Shown here: in pieces, positions 48,323 to 59,051 of the stretch
Layout of the letters: each line of letters begins with the position of its first letter
Position numbering within the stretch: the first letter of the stretch is position 1
Origin: Spirochaetota bacterium
GTDB taxonomy: Bacteria; Spirochaetota; UBA4802; UBA5550
Length of the DNA: 64,000 bases
Reading direction: 5' to 3'
Assembly (NCBI GenBank): GCA_016933025.1
Contig: JAFGBT010000004.1
Coordinates: 1,598 to 65,597, forward strand
Notes under the pieces: model-generated
What the model was told of the DNA's origin: nothing
Seen by the model: the letters and a program-made list of their open reading frames with translations, nothing else
Database searches by the model: none
Position numbers and translations under genes: made by a program

Positions 48323-49168
48323 TCATTTAACCTCGTGAACGACAATGTCTTCCTCCACGAACTCGCGGAGCTTCGCCTCCACGAGGTTCTTCAGGGTCAC
48401 ATCAGACACCACGCAGCCTGCACAGTGGCCGCGCAGACCGACATGCACCTCCTTTCCGGCTATATCGATGAGCTCAATATCGCCGCCATCCTTCTGAAGC
48501 ATCGGCCTTATGACGTTTGCGATGGTCTCCTCCACAAGCAACATCCTTTTTATATTCGTAAGCGGCTTTTTCTCTCCCTTTTTCGCTTCGGCTTTCTGCA
48601 CCTCGCCCGCCATTTCATTCAGTATGTCCTCGATCTTCGGTATGCACGATCCGCACGCGCCGCCCGCCTTCGTATAATTAGTGACGTCTTCAACGGTCTT
48701 AAGGTTGTTCTCACGTATAACGTTTCGGATAAGGTTCTCCGTTACACCGAAACAGTGGCAAATAATCTCGCCTTCGGTGTCGACATGATCGGTAATCTTT
48801 TCACCCCGCCAATGGGCCAACGCCTTTTCCAGCGCCTCATTGCCCATGACCGAACAATGCATCTTTTCCTCGGGAAGCCCTCCCAGATAATCTGCGATGT
48901 CCTTGTTGGTGATCTTCTCGGCCTCCTCGACCGTTTTCCCTATGATCATCTCGGTGAGGGCAGACGAGGACGCGATGGCGCTGCCGCAGCCGAAGGTCTC
49001 GAACTTGGCGTCACGTATTATGTTCTTGTCGTCAATCTTGAGATACAATTTAAGCGCGTCGCCGCATACAATGCTTCCTACTTCGGCAACCGCGTTGGCG
49101 TTGTCAATCTTCCCCACGTTTTTCGGGTTCATGTAAAGTTCTTTTACCTTATCGGTGTAATCCCACAT
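48323..49168 (-). CDS. nifU: Fe-S cluster assembly scaffold (IscU-like + BFD-like + Nfu domains)
   Basis: Start MWDYTDKV; VCGD, FGCGSA, KMHCS; ICHCF/ACGSC; DGGDIE...GHCAGC. Confidence 0.95.
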   Translation of the reverse strand: MWDYTDKVKELYMNPKNVGKIDNANAVAEVGSIVCGDALKLYLKIDDKNIIRDAKFETFGCGSAIASSSALTEMIIGKTVEEAEKITNKDIADYLGGLPEEKMHCSVMGNEALEKALAHWRGEKITDHVDTEGEIICHCFGVTENLIRNVIRENNLKTVEDVTNYTKAGGACGSCIPKIEDILNEMAGEVQKAEAKKGEKKPLTNIKRMLLVEETIANVIRPMLQKDGGDIELIDIAGKEVHVGLRGHCAGCVVSDVTLKNLVEAKLREFVEEDIVVHEVK

Positions 49169-49302
49169 GGGCATCCTCCTCGGAATTCGGCCCATACTAT
49201 GCCGTCGTTCCGTCTTCCTGTCAAATATATATCTCCGCTGGCGGAAATATAGTTATATTAATATAATCTAAAATACTTAACCAGTCCAGCACAATTACGA
49301 TT

Positions 49303-49959
49303 CTATTTGAAAAAAAGTTTTTTGATGCCTTCCGGACTATGCAGTAAAACCTTTGCGCCGCCACCGAGCAATTCATCGGCCTCCCGAAACCCCCACAGTA
49401 CCCCTACCGGGTACATGCCGGCAGCGACTGCAGTCTGCATGTCGGTACCGGAGTCGCCAAGGTAGATAAAACGGCGCGGCTTTACCTCCATTTCAGCGGC
49501 AATCATGAGCGCGGTTGTCGGGTCCGGTTTTTTCGGATAGGCGTCGGAGGCCCCTCTGATTACATCGAAATTCCAAGGGGCGAGAAAGTGATCGCAGATC
49601 AATCTCGTAAAATCATCCGGTTTGTTCGACAGAACAGCCAGCCGTATGTTCTGCTCGCAAAGGCAGTCGAGCATCATGGCTATGCCGGGATAGAGCCTTG
49701 TTTTGTCACGCCATCTGAGAGCATATTCCGACCTCATCTCCATTGACATTTTATTCACAAGAGCCGCATCATCCTCACCATCGGGAAGAACTCTGCGCGC
49801 AAGTTCTCCGACGCCGCCGCCGATAAAACGCTTGTAGCTCTCAACCGGGTGAACAGGAAAACCATTTTGCTCCAACGCCGCGTTCATCGATGAGGCTATG
49901 TCATGGAGGGTATCCAGAAGTGTTCCGTCAAGGTCGGATAGTAACGCGATATGGTTCAT
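49303..49959 (-). CDS. HAD-IA hydrolase (phosphoglycolate phosphatase-like)
   Basis: SDLDGTLLDT, LSNKP, KKPDP, LGDSGTDM. Confidence 0.9.
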   Translation of the reverse strand: MNHIALLSDLDGTLLDTLHDIASSMNAALEQNGFPVHPVESYKRFIGGGVGELARRVLPDGEDDAALVNKMSMEMRSEYALRWRDKTRLYPGIAMMLDCLCEQNIRLAVLSNKPDDFTRLICDHFLAPWNFDVIRGASDAYPKKPDPTTALMIAAEMEVKPRRFIYLGDSGTDMQTAVAAGMYPVGVLWGFREADELLGGGAKVLLHSPEGIKKLFFK

Positions 49960-49986
49960 GCCGCATGTCCCGGTTAGAATTATCGA

Positions 49987-50535
49987 TTATTTCGCCCTCG
50001 TGCATGTCCCCTGTAAAACACTGACAAGATGATATACCACAATGCCATACGCCACTGAAACGTTAAGCGACTGTTTCACGCCACGCATTGGAATATCAAC
50101 CGCCATGTCGCACAAATGCAACAATTCATCAGTGATCCCCGAAACCTCATTTCCCAGCACCAGGCAGGCCGGAAAAGCATAGTCAGCCTCGGCATAGGGC
50201 ATGCTTTCGCTTGTGTGTTCCAGAGCGATTATCCGATAGCCGCGCTTACGGAGCATACGAACAGCTTCGAATTGATTAGGAATGTATTCCCAGGGAACGC
50301 TTTCAGAGCTGTCCAGCGCCGTCTTGCTGATTTCAGGTCGGGGTGGATGTCCCGTATATCCGCACAGATAGAGCTTCTCGATACCAGCGCCGTCCGATGT
50401 TCGGAATATCGACCCGACGTTATACAGGCTCCGGATATTCTCGCACACCACAGAGACAGGTGTGCGGGCCGTTCTCTTCAGCTCATCGAGGGAGGGCCTG
50501 GCTGATTTCAGCTCCCGGTGCGTCAATTTTCTCAT
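49987..50535 (-). CDS. TrmH/SpoU-family RNA methyltransferase
   Basis: ENIRSLYNVGSIFRT, GNEVSG, SLNVSVA; start uncertain (50535 or 50550). Confidence 0.88.
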   Translation of the reverse strand: MRKLTHRELKSARPSLDELKRTARTPVSVVCENIRSLYNVGSIFRTSDGAGIEKLYLCGYTGHPPRPEISKTALDSSESVPWEYIPNQFEAVRMLRKRGYRIIALEHTSESMPYAEADYAFPACLVLGNEVSGITDELLHLCDMAVDIPMRGVKQSLNVSVAYGIVVYHLVSVLQGTCTRAK

Positions 50536-50555
50536 TCCGTCGCTTCTCATGGCGA

Positions 50556-51254
50556 TTACCTGATGGTCCCGCCGCAGAACCGGATTACCCGCCATCGCTT
50601 TTCCCGGGCTCTCTGTTCCAGCAAAGGGTCGGGATTCACCGCAAAGGGAAAGCCAGCCAGATCGAGGAATGGCGCGTCATAGATGCTGTCGCCGAAGAAT
50701 GCGCAGCGCGACAGCGGCACGCCGGCCCGCTCGGCATAGGCGCTCCCGAGCGCGACCTTACCCTCTCCGAAGCAGTAAGGCCGGATGGCCCTTGTGAAAC
50801 GGCCGTCCTCGATCGCAAAGCGGTTCGCAATGATACCGTCCATCTGGAGGAAGCCGGCGAACGGCGCGGCGATGGCTTCATCCTGAGCGGTCAGGATCAG
50901 CGTACGACACCCCCGCTCCCGGAATCCCCCGACCAGGGCAACGGCCTCCCGGTATATGTGCGCGCGTCCTTTGTCTTCAAAAAATTCATTTGCCCGGCCG
51001 CGGAATTCGTCTGCCGAGAGGGTCCCGATCCTGAACCGCTGGTATTTCATATACTCGTCGATGTCCAGCCGACCGTTCCTGAAGTCGCGGTACATCTTGA
51101 AAAGCCACGCGCGCTCAGCCCATCCCTTCAGTTCATGGCTGGTTCGCCATGACGCCCAGAGCGAATCGGTATCCTCGTCGGTGAGGGTTTCGTCAAGGTC
51201 GAAAAAGGCAATGTCTGCGTCCGGGAGATTGTGCATCAGGTCCATAATACTCAT
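50556..51254 (-). CDS. HAD-IB family hydrolase (second paralogue)
   Basis: FFDLDET, ILTA, GEGK, FGDSIYDAP; start uncertain (51254, 51245 or 51236). Confidence 0.88.
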   Translation of the reverse strand: MSIMDLMHNLPDADIAFFDLDETLTDEDTDSLWASWRTSHELKGWAERAWLFKMYRDFRNGRLDIDEYMKYQRFRIGTLSADEFRGRANEFFEDKGRAHIYREAVALVGGFRERGCRTLILTAQDEAIAAPFAGFLQMDGIIANRFAIEDGRFTRAIRPYCFGEGKVALGSAYAERAGVPLSRCAFFGDSIYDAPFLDLAGFPFAVNPDPLLEQRAREKRWRVIRFCGGTIR

Positions 51255-51349
51255 ACCAGCATCCGGCGTTAATCCAGAGATGAGGGAAAGACACATCTGG
51301 TATAGAATATGTTATTATGCAAGAAATTTCTGTCAGTGGGATGAAAATA

Positions 51350-52906
51350 TCAGTCATCGATGATGAGCGCCATGCCATGGAGCTCGCGAACCACCTGATC
51401 GAGGTCGCGCGATTTTTCAGACATTCTCCGCGCCCCCTCGGAATAGACCTGGGTTATCTCGTTCAGGTTGGTGATAGATTTTACGATTTCATTCATGGAA
51501 AGCTTCTGCTCGTCCATGGACTTCTTGATCTCGTCCGACATCTTCATGACCGATCCAGCTTCGTCATTGACTTTCCGGTTAATCTCCTTCTGGCTCTCCA
51601 TCTGCCGGGATATCTCACCGATCTCGACGCTGATGGTGCTGACTCCCTGGATAATCTGCATGATAGTGCTTACGGTCTCCTGGATGTTCGCCATACCCCG
51701 TGCAAGCTCCTCCACGTTCGCCTTGATAAGCCCGTCGATCTCCTTGATGCTCGCGGCCGTCTGGTCGGCCAGCTTTGATATCTCATCGGCAACCACGGCG
51801 AATCCGCGGCCGGCCTCGCCCGCACGCGCCGCCTCAATGGCCGCGTTCAGCGAGAGGAGATTCGTCTTGTCGGAAATATCCCCGATCATACCCACGATAC
51901 CGGTCATCATCCCCGAGCTCTCGTTGACCTTGGTAAGGCTCTCACTCATGGTGCCCAGAATATCGCTGCCCTGCGTCGCCACGCCGGACACCTCGTCGGT
52001 GAGCGAGAAGGTCCGTTCAACTCTCCCGGCGATCTGCTCAATCGTGCCTGACAGGGTCTCGATATTTTTCAGAAGCGACCTCATGCTGGCATACTGGTTC
52101 GCGACATTGTCCGTCACCATGTCCACCCCGCCGGAAATCTCCTCGGACGTAGCGGTTATCTCCTCTATGGCCGACGCCTGCGACTGCGATTCCATTGAAT
52201 ACGAATCGGACTCCCGCGACAACTCCGTGGAATGAGACGTCAGCTTTTCAGATACGCCCTTGATAGAGTCATAGAGGCCCTTGATCACGACATACTGGTC
52301 AGCGTTCTTCTTCGATTCATCCTCGGAACGGTCAAGGGCGTTCTTGTTGATTTTAAAGATCTGGAAGCAGATGAGGCCGACAAATACTATGGTAATTCCA
52401 TTATCCACAACGTAATCGATTATAGTATTTTCATCCATTGAAAACTGCCCGTAGGCAACGGCGACAAAAGCAGCAAACAGTGCCATGTTTACTGCCGTGT
52501 AGACCAGAATCAGGTATTTATTCTCCGACACTATCAGCGGCGTCAGCACCATGAGTCCCGGTATGTACACGATCGTATTCAGGACGATTATCGGACTTGG
52601 ATTCTGATCAGTAAACAGCGTCGCCCATCCCGCCAGCAGGGTAATGATCAGGATCATATGAGCGGCAATACTGAATTTCCCTGACTTAAGAAAGAAAACC
52701 GCGACGAGTATTATTATCAGGGCCATAATCAGTGGAAAGATAAGCTCAAATTCGACCTGCCCTGTGACAATATTCATGGCAATAATGACCGGCAGGCAGC
52801 AGGTTAGTATTATTGATATAACAAGTATGATCCGGGATTTCTGCTGCAGCACATAGTTTGCGTCTTTATATGCGCCGAGAAAATAATCGTTAATACGTGA
52901 CAACAT
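51350..52906 (-). CDS. Methyl-accepting chemotaxis protein with multi-TM sensor
   Basis: About six N-terminal TM segments; signalling hairpin [29 protein letters not shown]. Confidence 0.95.
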   Translation of the reverse strand: MLSRINDYFLGAYKDANYVLQQKSRIILVISIILTCCLPVIIAMNIVTGQVEFELIFPLIMALIIILVAVFFLKSGKFSIAAHMILIITLLAGWATLFTDQNPSPIIVLNTIVYIPGLMVLTPLIVSENKYLILVYTAVNMALFAAFVAVAYGQFSMDENTIIDYVVDNGITIVFVGLICFQIFKINKNALDRSEDESKKNADQYVVIKGLYDSIKGVSEKLTSHSTELSRESDSYSMESQSQASAIEEITATSEEISGGVDMVTDNVANQYASMRSLLKNIETLSGTIEQIAGRVERTFSLTDEVSGVATQGSDILGTMSESLTKVNESSGMMTGIVGMIGDISDKTNLLSLNAAIEAARAGEAGRGFAVVADEISKLADQTAASIKEIDGLIKANVEELARGMANIQETVSTIMQIIQGVSTISVEIGEISRQMESQKEINRKVNDEAGSVMKMSDEIKKSMDEQKLSMNEIVKSITNLNEITQVYSEGARRMSEKSRDLDQVVRELHGMALIIDD

Positions 52907-53449
52907 AGCGGCCTCACTTATTTTGTTTCAATCGTATAATCCCAGGATACTCTCATATTTTCCTCTCGTCATATCCGCAAGCGGAAGCCTACCGCGCAGA
53001 CATGAGACAGCATAAGGGCGGGATACATAAAAATCAACTTATTAATTCATATCATTATTGTAATCACTTCAAATGCCCGCCAAAAATGCATGACATTAAT
53101 TACATCTATGTACAATATAATATTACAACCGGGATCCGGAAAATTTTTAATAATTATCTGAGCATCATCAAAAATCAAGCAAGTATCTCAATCATCGCTT
53201 GTTATATGTATAATACGGGGGAATGATGAAAAACTGACAACCGCAGCAACGGTATTAATGGACTCCTCGATCGCGAGGTAAATCCTCATGAGCAACGGAG
53301 AGAACGAGCCCTACATTAGAAGAAGAAGCGATACGCGGAGCGGGCCTATTGAAACATACGCAGCCGGGAATCAGAATAAATTCCTGACTGTTTCACCGTC
53401 AACGGGTATAAAAATGAACAATAATCTGTTCTTCACGAGGACCGGCGGC

Positions 53450-54694
53450 TTACTTCCGGCCGGCCTGCACCATCGGCGATTCCCGGAGCCGCGAGGTCAG
53501 GAACACATTGAATGCAGCCAGTACGATAAAAACGACCATAAATTCGACCATTCCTGCGACGTTCATACCGATCGCGAACAGAATGCCCGAGACCTGGCCG
53601 GCAAGCAGAATGACCCCCTGCGACAGCGATTCCGGCGCCGGGAAGCTCACCTCCGCCGCGTACTGGAATCCGATCGGCCCGGCGCCGCCCAGCAGGAAGA
53701 AGCCCATGATCGCTGCCGAGACGAGCATTATCCCGTAGCTATCCGCAAACGCAAGCCCGATGAGCCCCGGGATCATGAGCGCCATGCCCAGGCCAAGGAA
53801 GAATTTCCGCTTCCTGAACCGGTCCGATAGGGCCGGCTGGATGAGCGCACCGAGAATACCGGCTATGAACATCATGCCCATAATCATGCCCGTCTGCTCC
53901 GTGGCCAGCTTTTTTATCTCGCATATACGGTCGAAGACAATCGTCAGCGCGTTGAACATACCGAGCCCTATAAAGAAAAGCACGAGGGCGATCCGCATGT
54001 CCCGGTGTCGTAAGATGTGACTGAAGCCGTCGCGGGAGAGCAGGCGCTCCTCGGCGCCGTGCTGCGACGGCGGGGTCGCGGGCTTCTCGCGCATCAGGAT
54101 GAGGAAGACCGCGGCGACCACGGCGGAGATCACCCCCCAGGTCATCAGCATACCGGAGAGATCGTAGGACTCCCCGCTCTTCACCACCAGATAGGGCGTC
54201 ACTATGCTCACCACAATGAATCCCACGTACTGGGCGAGCGTCCCGATCCCGACAGCCGTTGCCCGCTCGTTGAGCGGGAACCAGTTTGCCGCGACCCGCG
54301 TCACAGCGTTCAATATGAATGGCTGGGCAACCCCCAGTCCCACCTGGCAGACCACCATCATAGGATAGCTCGCGGCGAACAGCCCTTTTGCAAGGCCGAA
54401 GACACCGGTCAACGCCGCCCCAATCCCGATACCAATCCGAATCCCATACCGGTCGATTATATACGAGGCCGGGATGCACACGATGATGAACAGGATCAGG
54501 AAGATCATGGCAAGCAGATCAATATACAGCCCTTCATTAATGCCAAAGCCGTACGCGGCCTGCGCCTCGCGCGCAATGGGAGCGAAGGTCAGCCACTGGA
54601 TCTCTATTATCACGGTAATCAAGAAGTAAGCCAGTAGAACTATCCATCGGTAACCATAAACCTGATAGGTATTCTGTTCAAGCTTCACATTCAT
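53450..54694 (-). CDS. MFS transporter
   Basis: 12 predicted TM; YIIDRYGIR and LSDRFRKRK loops; WFPLNERATA; GGAGG RBS. Confidence 0.92.
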   Translation of the reverse strand: MNVKLEQNTYQVYGYRWIVLLAYFLITVIIEIQWLTFAPIAREAQAAYGFGINEGLYIDLLAMIFLILFIIVCIPASYIIDRYGIRIGIGIGAALTGVFGLAKGLFAASYPMMVVCQVGLGVAQPFILNAVTRVAANWFPLNERATAVGIGTLAQYVGFIVVSIVTPYLVVKSGESYDLSGMLMTWGVISAVVAAVFLILMREKPATPPSQHGAEERLLSRDGFSHILRHRDMRIALVLFFIGLGMFNALTIVFDRICEIKKLATEQTGMIMGMMFIAGILGALIQPALSDRFRKRKFFLGLGMALMIPGLIGLAFADSYGIMLVSAAIMGFFLLGGAGPIGFQYAAEVSFPAPESLSQGVILLAGQVSGILFAIGMNVAGMVEFMVVFIVLAAFNVFLTSRLRESPMVQAGRK

Positions 54695-54858
54695 ACCTCC
54701 TCCCCCGGTCTTCAGTATGCTTTGCCGTACTATTTGGATTTTGTCATTAATAATTTTTCATCAATCCATGCCTCTCCCTCTGGGAGGCAGCAGCCTGTAC
54801 ATCCCTGCACGCTGCTGCATTCGCGACCTCCCGTCACTCAGTGGGTCCGGGATTGAGG

Positions 54859-56334
54859 TCAGTCTTTCTTTATTTCAATATGCTTGAATACCCGCTCGAA
54901 CCGGGCCAGGGCATCGTCTATCACATCGTCCGTATCCGCCATGCTGCAGTACAGCCGGCTCCCGGCCAGGGTTATGATGCCCTCCGCCATCAGGGCCGCG
55001 CCCATCTCTTCCATGACCTTCTTGCGCGCGCCCACTTCCTTGAAAATATTCGGGTTCTTGATGTCCATGAGCATGGCCGCACCGGTCTCCATGTGGCAGA
55101 TCGAGCCGTGGTTGAATGCCACAAACGGTAGCTTAAGCCGGTCAAACATGTCAGCCAGTCCTTTGGTGAGCCGGTCGCCGGCCGCGCCGGCCTTGAGGTG
55201 AGCTCCCGTCTCCTCGATGGCCTTGATGCAAAAGTAACCCGCAGCGCATGAGAGCGGGTTGGCCGAGAGGGTGCCTCCAACCATGGCACGCTTCCCGCCC
55301 GGGCCGCCGCCGAGCCCGGCGGCGTAACAGAGCATCACGTCCTTGCGGCCGCCGACGCCTCCGGCGCCGGGGTAACCGCCGGCCACGCACTTGCCGAATA
55401 CCGTGAGGTCAGGCTTCACGTTGAAGTAGCCCTGGGCCCCGCCGAGCCCCACGCGGAACCCGGTAACCACCTCGTCGAAAACCAGGAGCGTCCCGAACCG
55501 ATCACAGAGCTCGCGCACATTCTTATTGTAATCGGGGAGCACCGGGCGGGTGCCGCTCTCCGGTCCGAGCGGCTCCAGGAATACCGCCGCCGTCCCGCCG
55601 TCCTGCTCGTTCTCCTCCATCCGCTTTTGTAATGCTTCAAGGTCGTTCGGGAAGACCTCCTGAGTGAACTGGTAGCATCCCGCCGGTATCCCGTGGGCGT
55701 CAAGCGGACCCACGCCAGGGACCCGCATCCCGAACACGAACTGATCGCTCCAGCCATGGTAGGCCCCGCCGATCTTTATCACGTATTTCTTGCCGGTGAA
55801 GGTGCGCGCGGCACGAACCGCGGCCATGCACGCCTCGGTGCCGCTCATCAGCATGCGGAACATCTCCACGGAGGGCATGTGGCTGTGTATCAGTTCGGCC
55901 AACTTGAGCTCGTACTCGTGGAAGAGCCCGGTAACCGGACCGCTCTCTTTGATGACCTCGATTACCTTCTCCTGCACCGGCTTGTAATTGCTCCCGAGGA
56001 GCGTCGGCCCCCCTGCCTGGAGGAAATCGATGTACCGGTTGCCGTCCACGTCCCAGAGGTACGCTCCCTCAGCCTTGGTTATGGCGAGCGGGAACGGATA
56101 GTTGAATGCGAGGTTGTGCTGGACGCCGCCCGGGATCAGCTCCTTTGCGCGATTCGTCATCTCTTTGGATTTGGCGCATTTCGTATCAAAGTGATTCATG
56201 TACTCCTGCATCTTATCCCGCTTGATCTGATGAATCGGGAGCTCGTTGGCCAACCGGTACAGCCGTTTCAGCAAATCCTCGGTATCAGGCCAGTCCGATA
56301 TGGAATATGATTTCTTCGTGTCTGCTTTGTTCAT
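54859..56334 (-). CDS. Class III PLP aminotransferase, GSA-aminomutase-like subfamily
   Basis: LIPGGV, GAYLWDVDGNRYIDF, SGTEA, YHG, FDEVVTGFR, FGKC (PLP lysine); start placed at MNKAD (GGAG RBS). Confidence 0.9.
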   Translation of the reverse strand: MNKADTKKSYSISDWPDTEDLLKRLYRLANELPIHQIKRDKMQEYMNHFDTKCAKSKEMTNRAKELIPGGVQHNLAFNYPFPLAITKAEGAYLWDVDGNRYIDFLQAGGPTLLGSNYKPVQEKVIEVIKESGPVTGLFHEYELKLAELIHSHMPSVEMFRMLMSGTEACMAAVRAARTFTGKKYVIKIGGAYHGWSDQFVFGMRVPGVGPLDAHGIPAGCYQFTQEVFPNDLEALQKRMEENEQDGGTAAVFLEPLGPESGTRPVLPDYNKNVRELCDRFGTLLVFDEVVTGFRVGLGGAQGYFNVKPDLTVFGKCVAGGYPGAGGVGGRKDVMLCYAAGLGGGPGGKRAMVGGTLSANPLSCAAGYFCIKAIEETGAHLKAGAAGDRLTKGLADMFDRLKLPFVAFNHGSICHMETGAAMLMDIKNPNIFKEVGARKKVMEEMGAALMAEGIITLAGSRLYCSMADTDDVIDDALARFERVFKHIEIKKD

Positions 56335-56393
56335 GACAGTCTCCATTGTTTTATAAATATTATTTTGATCTATCCTCACAGATTGCTATTACT

Positions 56394-56471
56394 GCCCCCT
56401 AAATCCCCCGGAGGGGGACTTATTCAATCAACTATTTTCCACCGGAGCCCCCCTCTGGGGGGATGGGGGGC
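56394..56471. repeat. MITE/REP-like element with G/C-run terminal inverted repeats (copy 2)
   Basis: GCCCCCTAAATCCCCCGGAGGGGGACTT ... AGCCCCCCTCTGGGGGGATGGGGGGC; matches 23261-23352. Confidence 0.7.
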
Positions 56472-56496
56472 TTGAAGGGACAAGTGGGCCATAAAA

Positions 56497-57189
56497 TCAT
56501 ACCTTAACCTTGAGCTCCTCCCTTCTCTTAATCTCCGCGTCCTGCTTCATGACAACGATTTTACCCATGAGCTCCTGCATGTTCTGCGGCAGGAGGTTTA
56601 TCTCCTTTCCGGTCGAGAGCGCGTAATAGTAGACCCGCGCGCACTTTTCCAGCAGCTCGGTATTTCTCTTCGCCTTAGAGATATCAGAGCCGAGCGACAG
56701 CGCCCCGTGATTCTGCAAAATATAGCAGTTACCCCGGTTCCCGAGCTTGGTGACGACATTATCCATGAGCTGCGGACTCCCCGACAGACCGTAGGGCACA
56801 ACCTCCACGACCGGTCCAATAGTGCTGGCGACCTCGTCGAACAGGCACGGGATCGGCTCGTTGATCAGCGCGAAGACGCTGGCGAAGATCTGGTGCGTGT
56901 GCACCACCGCGCCGACGTCTTTGCGGTTCCGGTAGACCGACACGTGCATGCCCGTCTCCACCGAAGGCTTGATGCCGTTGTCTTCGATCGGCTTCAGGTC
57001 AAAATCGACAACGCATATCTCATCGACGGTGAGTGTCCGGTACTCCCTCTGGGACGGCGTGACCGCTATCACGTCCTCCCCCTCCACCAGCATTGAAACG
57101 TTGCCACCGAGCCCCTGGATATATCCCTCATGCACAAGGTCCATGGTGCAGTCAAACACCTGTTTCTTATACGAGTCGTATTTTCCCAT
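56497..57189 (-). CDS. Class II (Zn) aldolase/adducin family, FucA/Ald2-like
   Basis: GGNVS, VTPS, PSVE (catalytic Glu), HTH and NHG (Zn ligands). Confidence 0.92.
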   Translation of the reverse strand: MGKYDSYKKQVFDCTMDLVHEGYIQGLGGNVSMLVEGEDVIAVTPSQREYRTLTVDEICVVDFDLKPIEDNGIKPSVETGMHVSVYRNRKDVGAVVHTHQIFASVFALINEPIPCLFDEVASTIGPVVEVVPYGLSGSPQLMDNVVTKLGNRGNCYILQNHGALSLGSDISKAKRNTELLEKCARVYYYALSTGKEINLLPQNMQELMGKIVVMKQDAEIKRREELKVKV

Positions 57190-57199
57190 AGCATCCTCC

Positions 57200-58801
57200 C
57201 TAACTGTTCATCACGGTGAACAGCTTTTTATTTCTATCATATAGTTTCTTGAAAATCTCGAAATGCCTGTCGTACATGCCCCGGTTTCGTTTTTGAGGTT
57301 CGTAGGTCTTCTTAACCGGGATAAGGCTCTTCGCCTCCGCGAACGATTTGAAAAGTCCAAGCCCCACGGCGCATACCACGGTGGCGCCGATAGTTCCGAC
57401 GTTCTGCGGATCAGCGACGGTCTCTATGACCCGGCCGGTGATATCGGCCATGATCTGGCAGCCGATCTCGGATTTCGCCCCGCCACCCACGAAGCGAAGC
57501 CGCTCGCGCCTCGGTATCTTCAGCTCCATCGCCTCAAGCATCCACCGCTTGTGATATGCCATTCCCTCCATGACGGCGCGGATCATCTGTCGCTTGCCGG
57601 TGTCCAACCCCAGATTGAAGAACATGCCGCGCGCGTGCGGGTCTTCCCGCGGGGACCGGTTCCCGTGGAGCCAGGGGGTGAAAATCACTCCGCCGGAGCC
57701 CGCCGCCGTTTTGCTTATGACGGCGTTCAGGAAATCGAATAGGCTGTTATATTCATCGGTCTTCTCAACGACATGCTTAGCCTTCAGGTACATGCCTATC
57801 TCGTCCAGGGCAAGGTGGTCGCGCACCCACTTGAGACAGGCGCCGGAGGTCTCCTGCTCGGCCGAGTAGTTGTAGAGGCCCGGTATCGCTCCGAGGATTG
57901 AGGCAATAAAATTGCCAATATCCACCATGCGCTTGTCAACGTTCGAAAGCACCCAGCCGGACGTGCCCACATACACGTGCGTGTCATACAGGTCGAGGCA
58001 GCCTGCGCCGATGGCCGTGAGCGACGTGTCGCCGCCGCCGCCGAATACCGGTATCCCCTCGACGAGCCCCATCTGCCGGGCCGGACCGGGGAGAAGGCGC
58101 CCCACTACGTCGGTGGATTTGACCACCGGCGGCAGAAGTTCCATGTTCACGTCAAATGTATTGCAGAGTCCCCGGTGCCATCCGAGTTTTCCCGGGCGTG
58201 TATCGTACAGGAAGGTGAGGTGCGCCGAATCCTGCGTCATGCCGTACTCGCCGGTGCAGCGAAGGATCAGGTAGTCCTTTACATCGAGCCACTTGTACGC
58301 CCGCTTGAAAAGTCCGGGCTCGTTGTCCTTCACCCAGTGATACTTCCACAAGGGGTCCTTGGGGGTCGCGGCAAGCCCGCCGGTGATCATAAGCGACCTC
58401 AGCGTGGTGACTGCATTCCATTTGCCATTTATTTTCACCAGGCCCCGATTCAGGTACCGGTCAATCTGCGCCGTGGAGCGGCCGTCCATGTAGTTCATCG
58501 GGTTCCTGACTGCCTTTCCCGATTCATTGACGAACACCGAGCCCTGCAGCTGGGCGCAAAACGTCATGGCCGCTATATCGGCCGGCCTGATCTTCGAACG
58601 GGCCATGATTGTTTTTGTCGCCGAGCATACGGCCGCCCACCATTCATCGGCCTTCTGTTCGACACCGCCGTCAGGCGTCGTGTACAGGGGATATTCAACC
58701 AGATACGAATCGACCAGCTCTATCCGCCTGCCGATCCGATAGATACAGGACTTGTTCCCCGTCGTTCCGACATCATGAGTTACTACATATGCTTGTGCCA
58801 T
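57200..58801 (-). CDS. FGGY-family carbohydrate kinase
   Basis: HDVGTTGNK, GGGDT, YVGTSGW, PWLHGNRSP, GGGAKS..CQIMADITG; 10 bp from the aldolase; start placed at MAQAYV. Confidence 0.92.
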   Translation of the reverse strand: MAQAYVVTHDVGTTGNKSCIYRIGRRIELVDSYLVEYPLYTTPDGGVEQKADEWWAAVCSATKTIMARSKIRPADIAAMTFCAQLQGSVFVNESGKAVRNPMNYMDGRSTAQIDRYLNRGLVKINGKWNAVTTLRSLMITGGLAATPKDPLWKYHWVKDNEPGLFKRAYKWLDVKDYLILRCTGEYGMTQDSAHLTFLYDTRPGKLGWHRGLCNTFDVNMELLPPVVKSTDVVGRLLPGPARQMGLVEGIPVFGGGGDTSLTAIGAGCLDLYDTHVYVGTSGWVLSNVDKRMVDIGNFIASILGAIPGLYNYSAEQETSGACLKWVRDHLALDEIGMYLKAKHVVEKTDEYNSLFDFLNAVISKTAAGSGGVIFTPWLHGNRSPREDPHARGMFFNLGLDTGKRQMIRAVMEGMAYHKRWMLEAMELKIPRRERLRFVGGGAKSEIGCQIMADITGRVIETVADPQNVGTIGATVVCAVGLGLFKSFAEAKSLIPVKKTYEPQKRNRGMYDRHFEIFKKLYDRNKKLFTVMNS

Positions 58802-58932
58802 GGAATACCTGCTGTGGTTTGTGAGATGTGGCAATTGTTACCCGCGCAGCCGCGGGGAACAAGGCGTTATACCTGGATGGTTTCCGGACATCTCATCCGC
58901 ACGATTAATAGATAATTACGAAAACCCGCCGG

Positions 58933-58964
58933 GTCATATCAAAAACTGATAAATCAGAAATTGA
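58933..58964 (-). promoter_or_regulatory. Conserved 32-bp motif upstream of the FGGY kinase operon (candidate AraC-family operator)
   Basis: GTCATATCAAAAACTGATAAATCAGAAATTGA; 27/32 identical to 63201-63232, same orientation. Confidence 0.7.
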
Positions 58965-59051
58965 GAAAAAGATAATATCATCCCGGGAATCAGAATACAG
59001 AGCCCATTGACTCGCGGTGAAAATGTTCAAAAACCGTAATACATACAGGTT

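Noticed and set aside
47099-49168. Evidence of nitrogen fixation
   Set aside because: NifSU is the general Fe-S assembly system of many anaerobes; no nifHDK in the window
47990-49252. Long antisense ORFs (420 aa here; also 949-1464, 6394-7242, 22474-23310, 26366-27373, 57977-58915, 62055-62909 and others)
   Set aside because: They lie opposite or overlap well-supported genes, have no motifs, and are expected shadows of GC-rich codon usage
52968-52975. GTCATATC upstream of the MCP as a third copy of the ceramidase-locus operator
   Set aside because: Only the first 8 bp match; the CTG..AATCAG..TTGA part is absent
56497-58801. Ordinary fucose, rhamnose or xylose catabolism (fucA/fucK/xylB)
   Set aside because: No isomerase, mutarotase, sugar ABC/PTS or lactaldehyde reductase gene; the neighbours are an aminotransferase and a ceramidase. 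A soluble amino-polyol substrate is not excluded.
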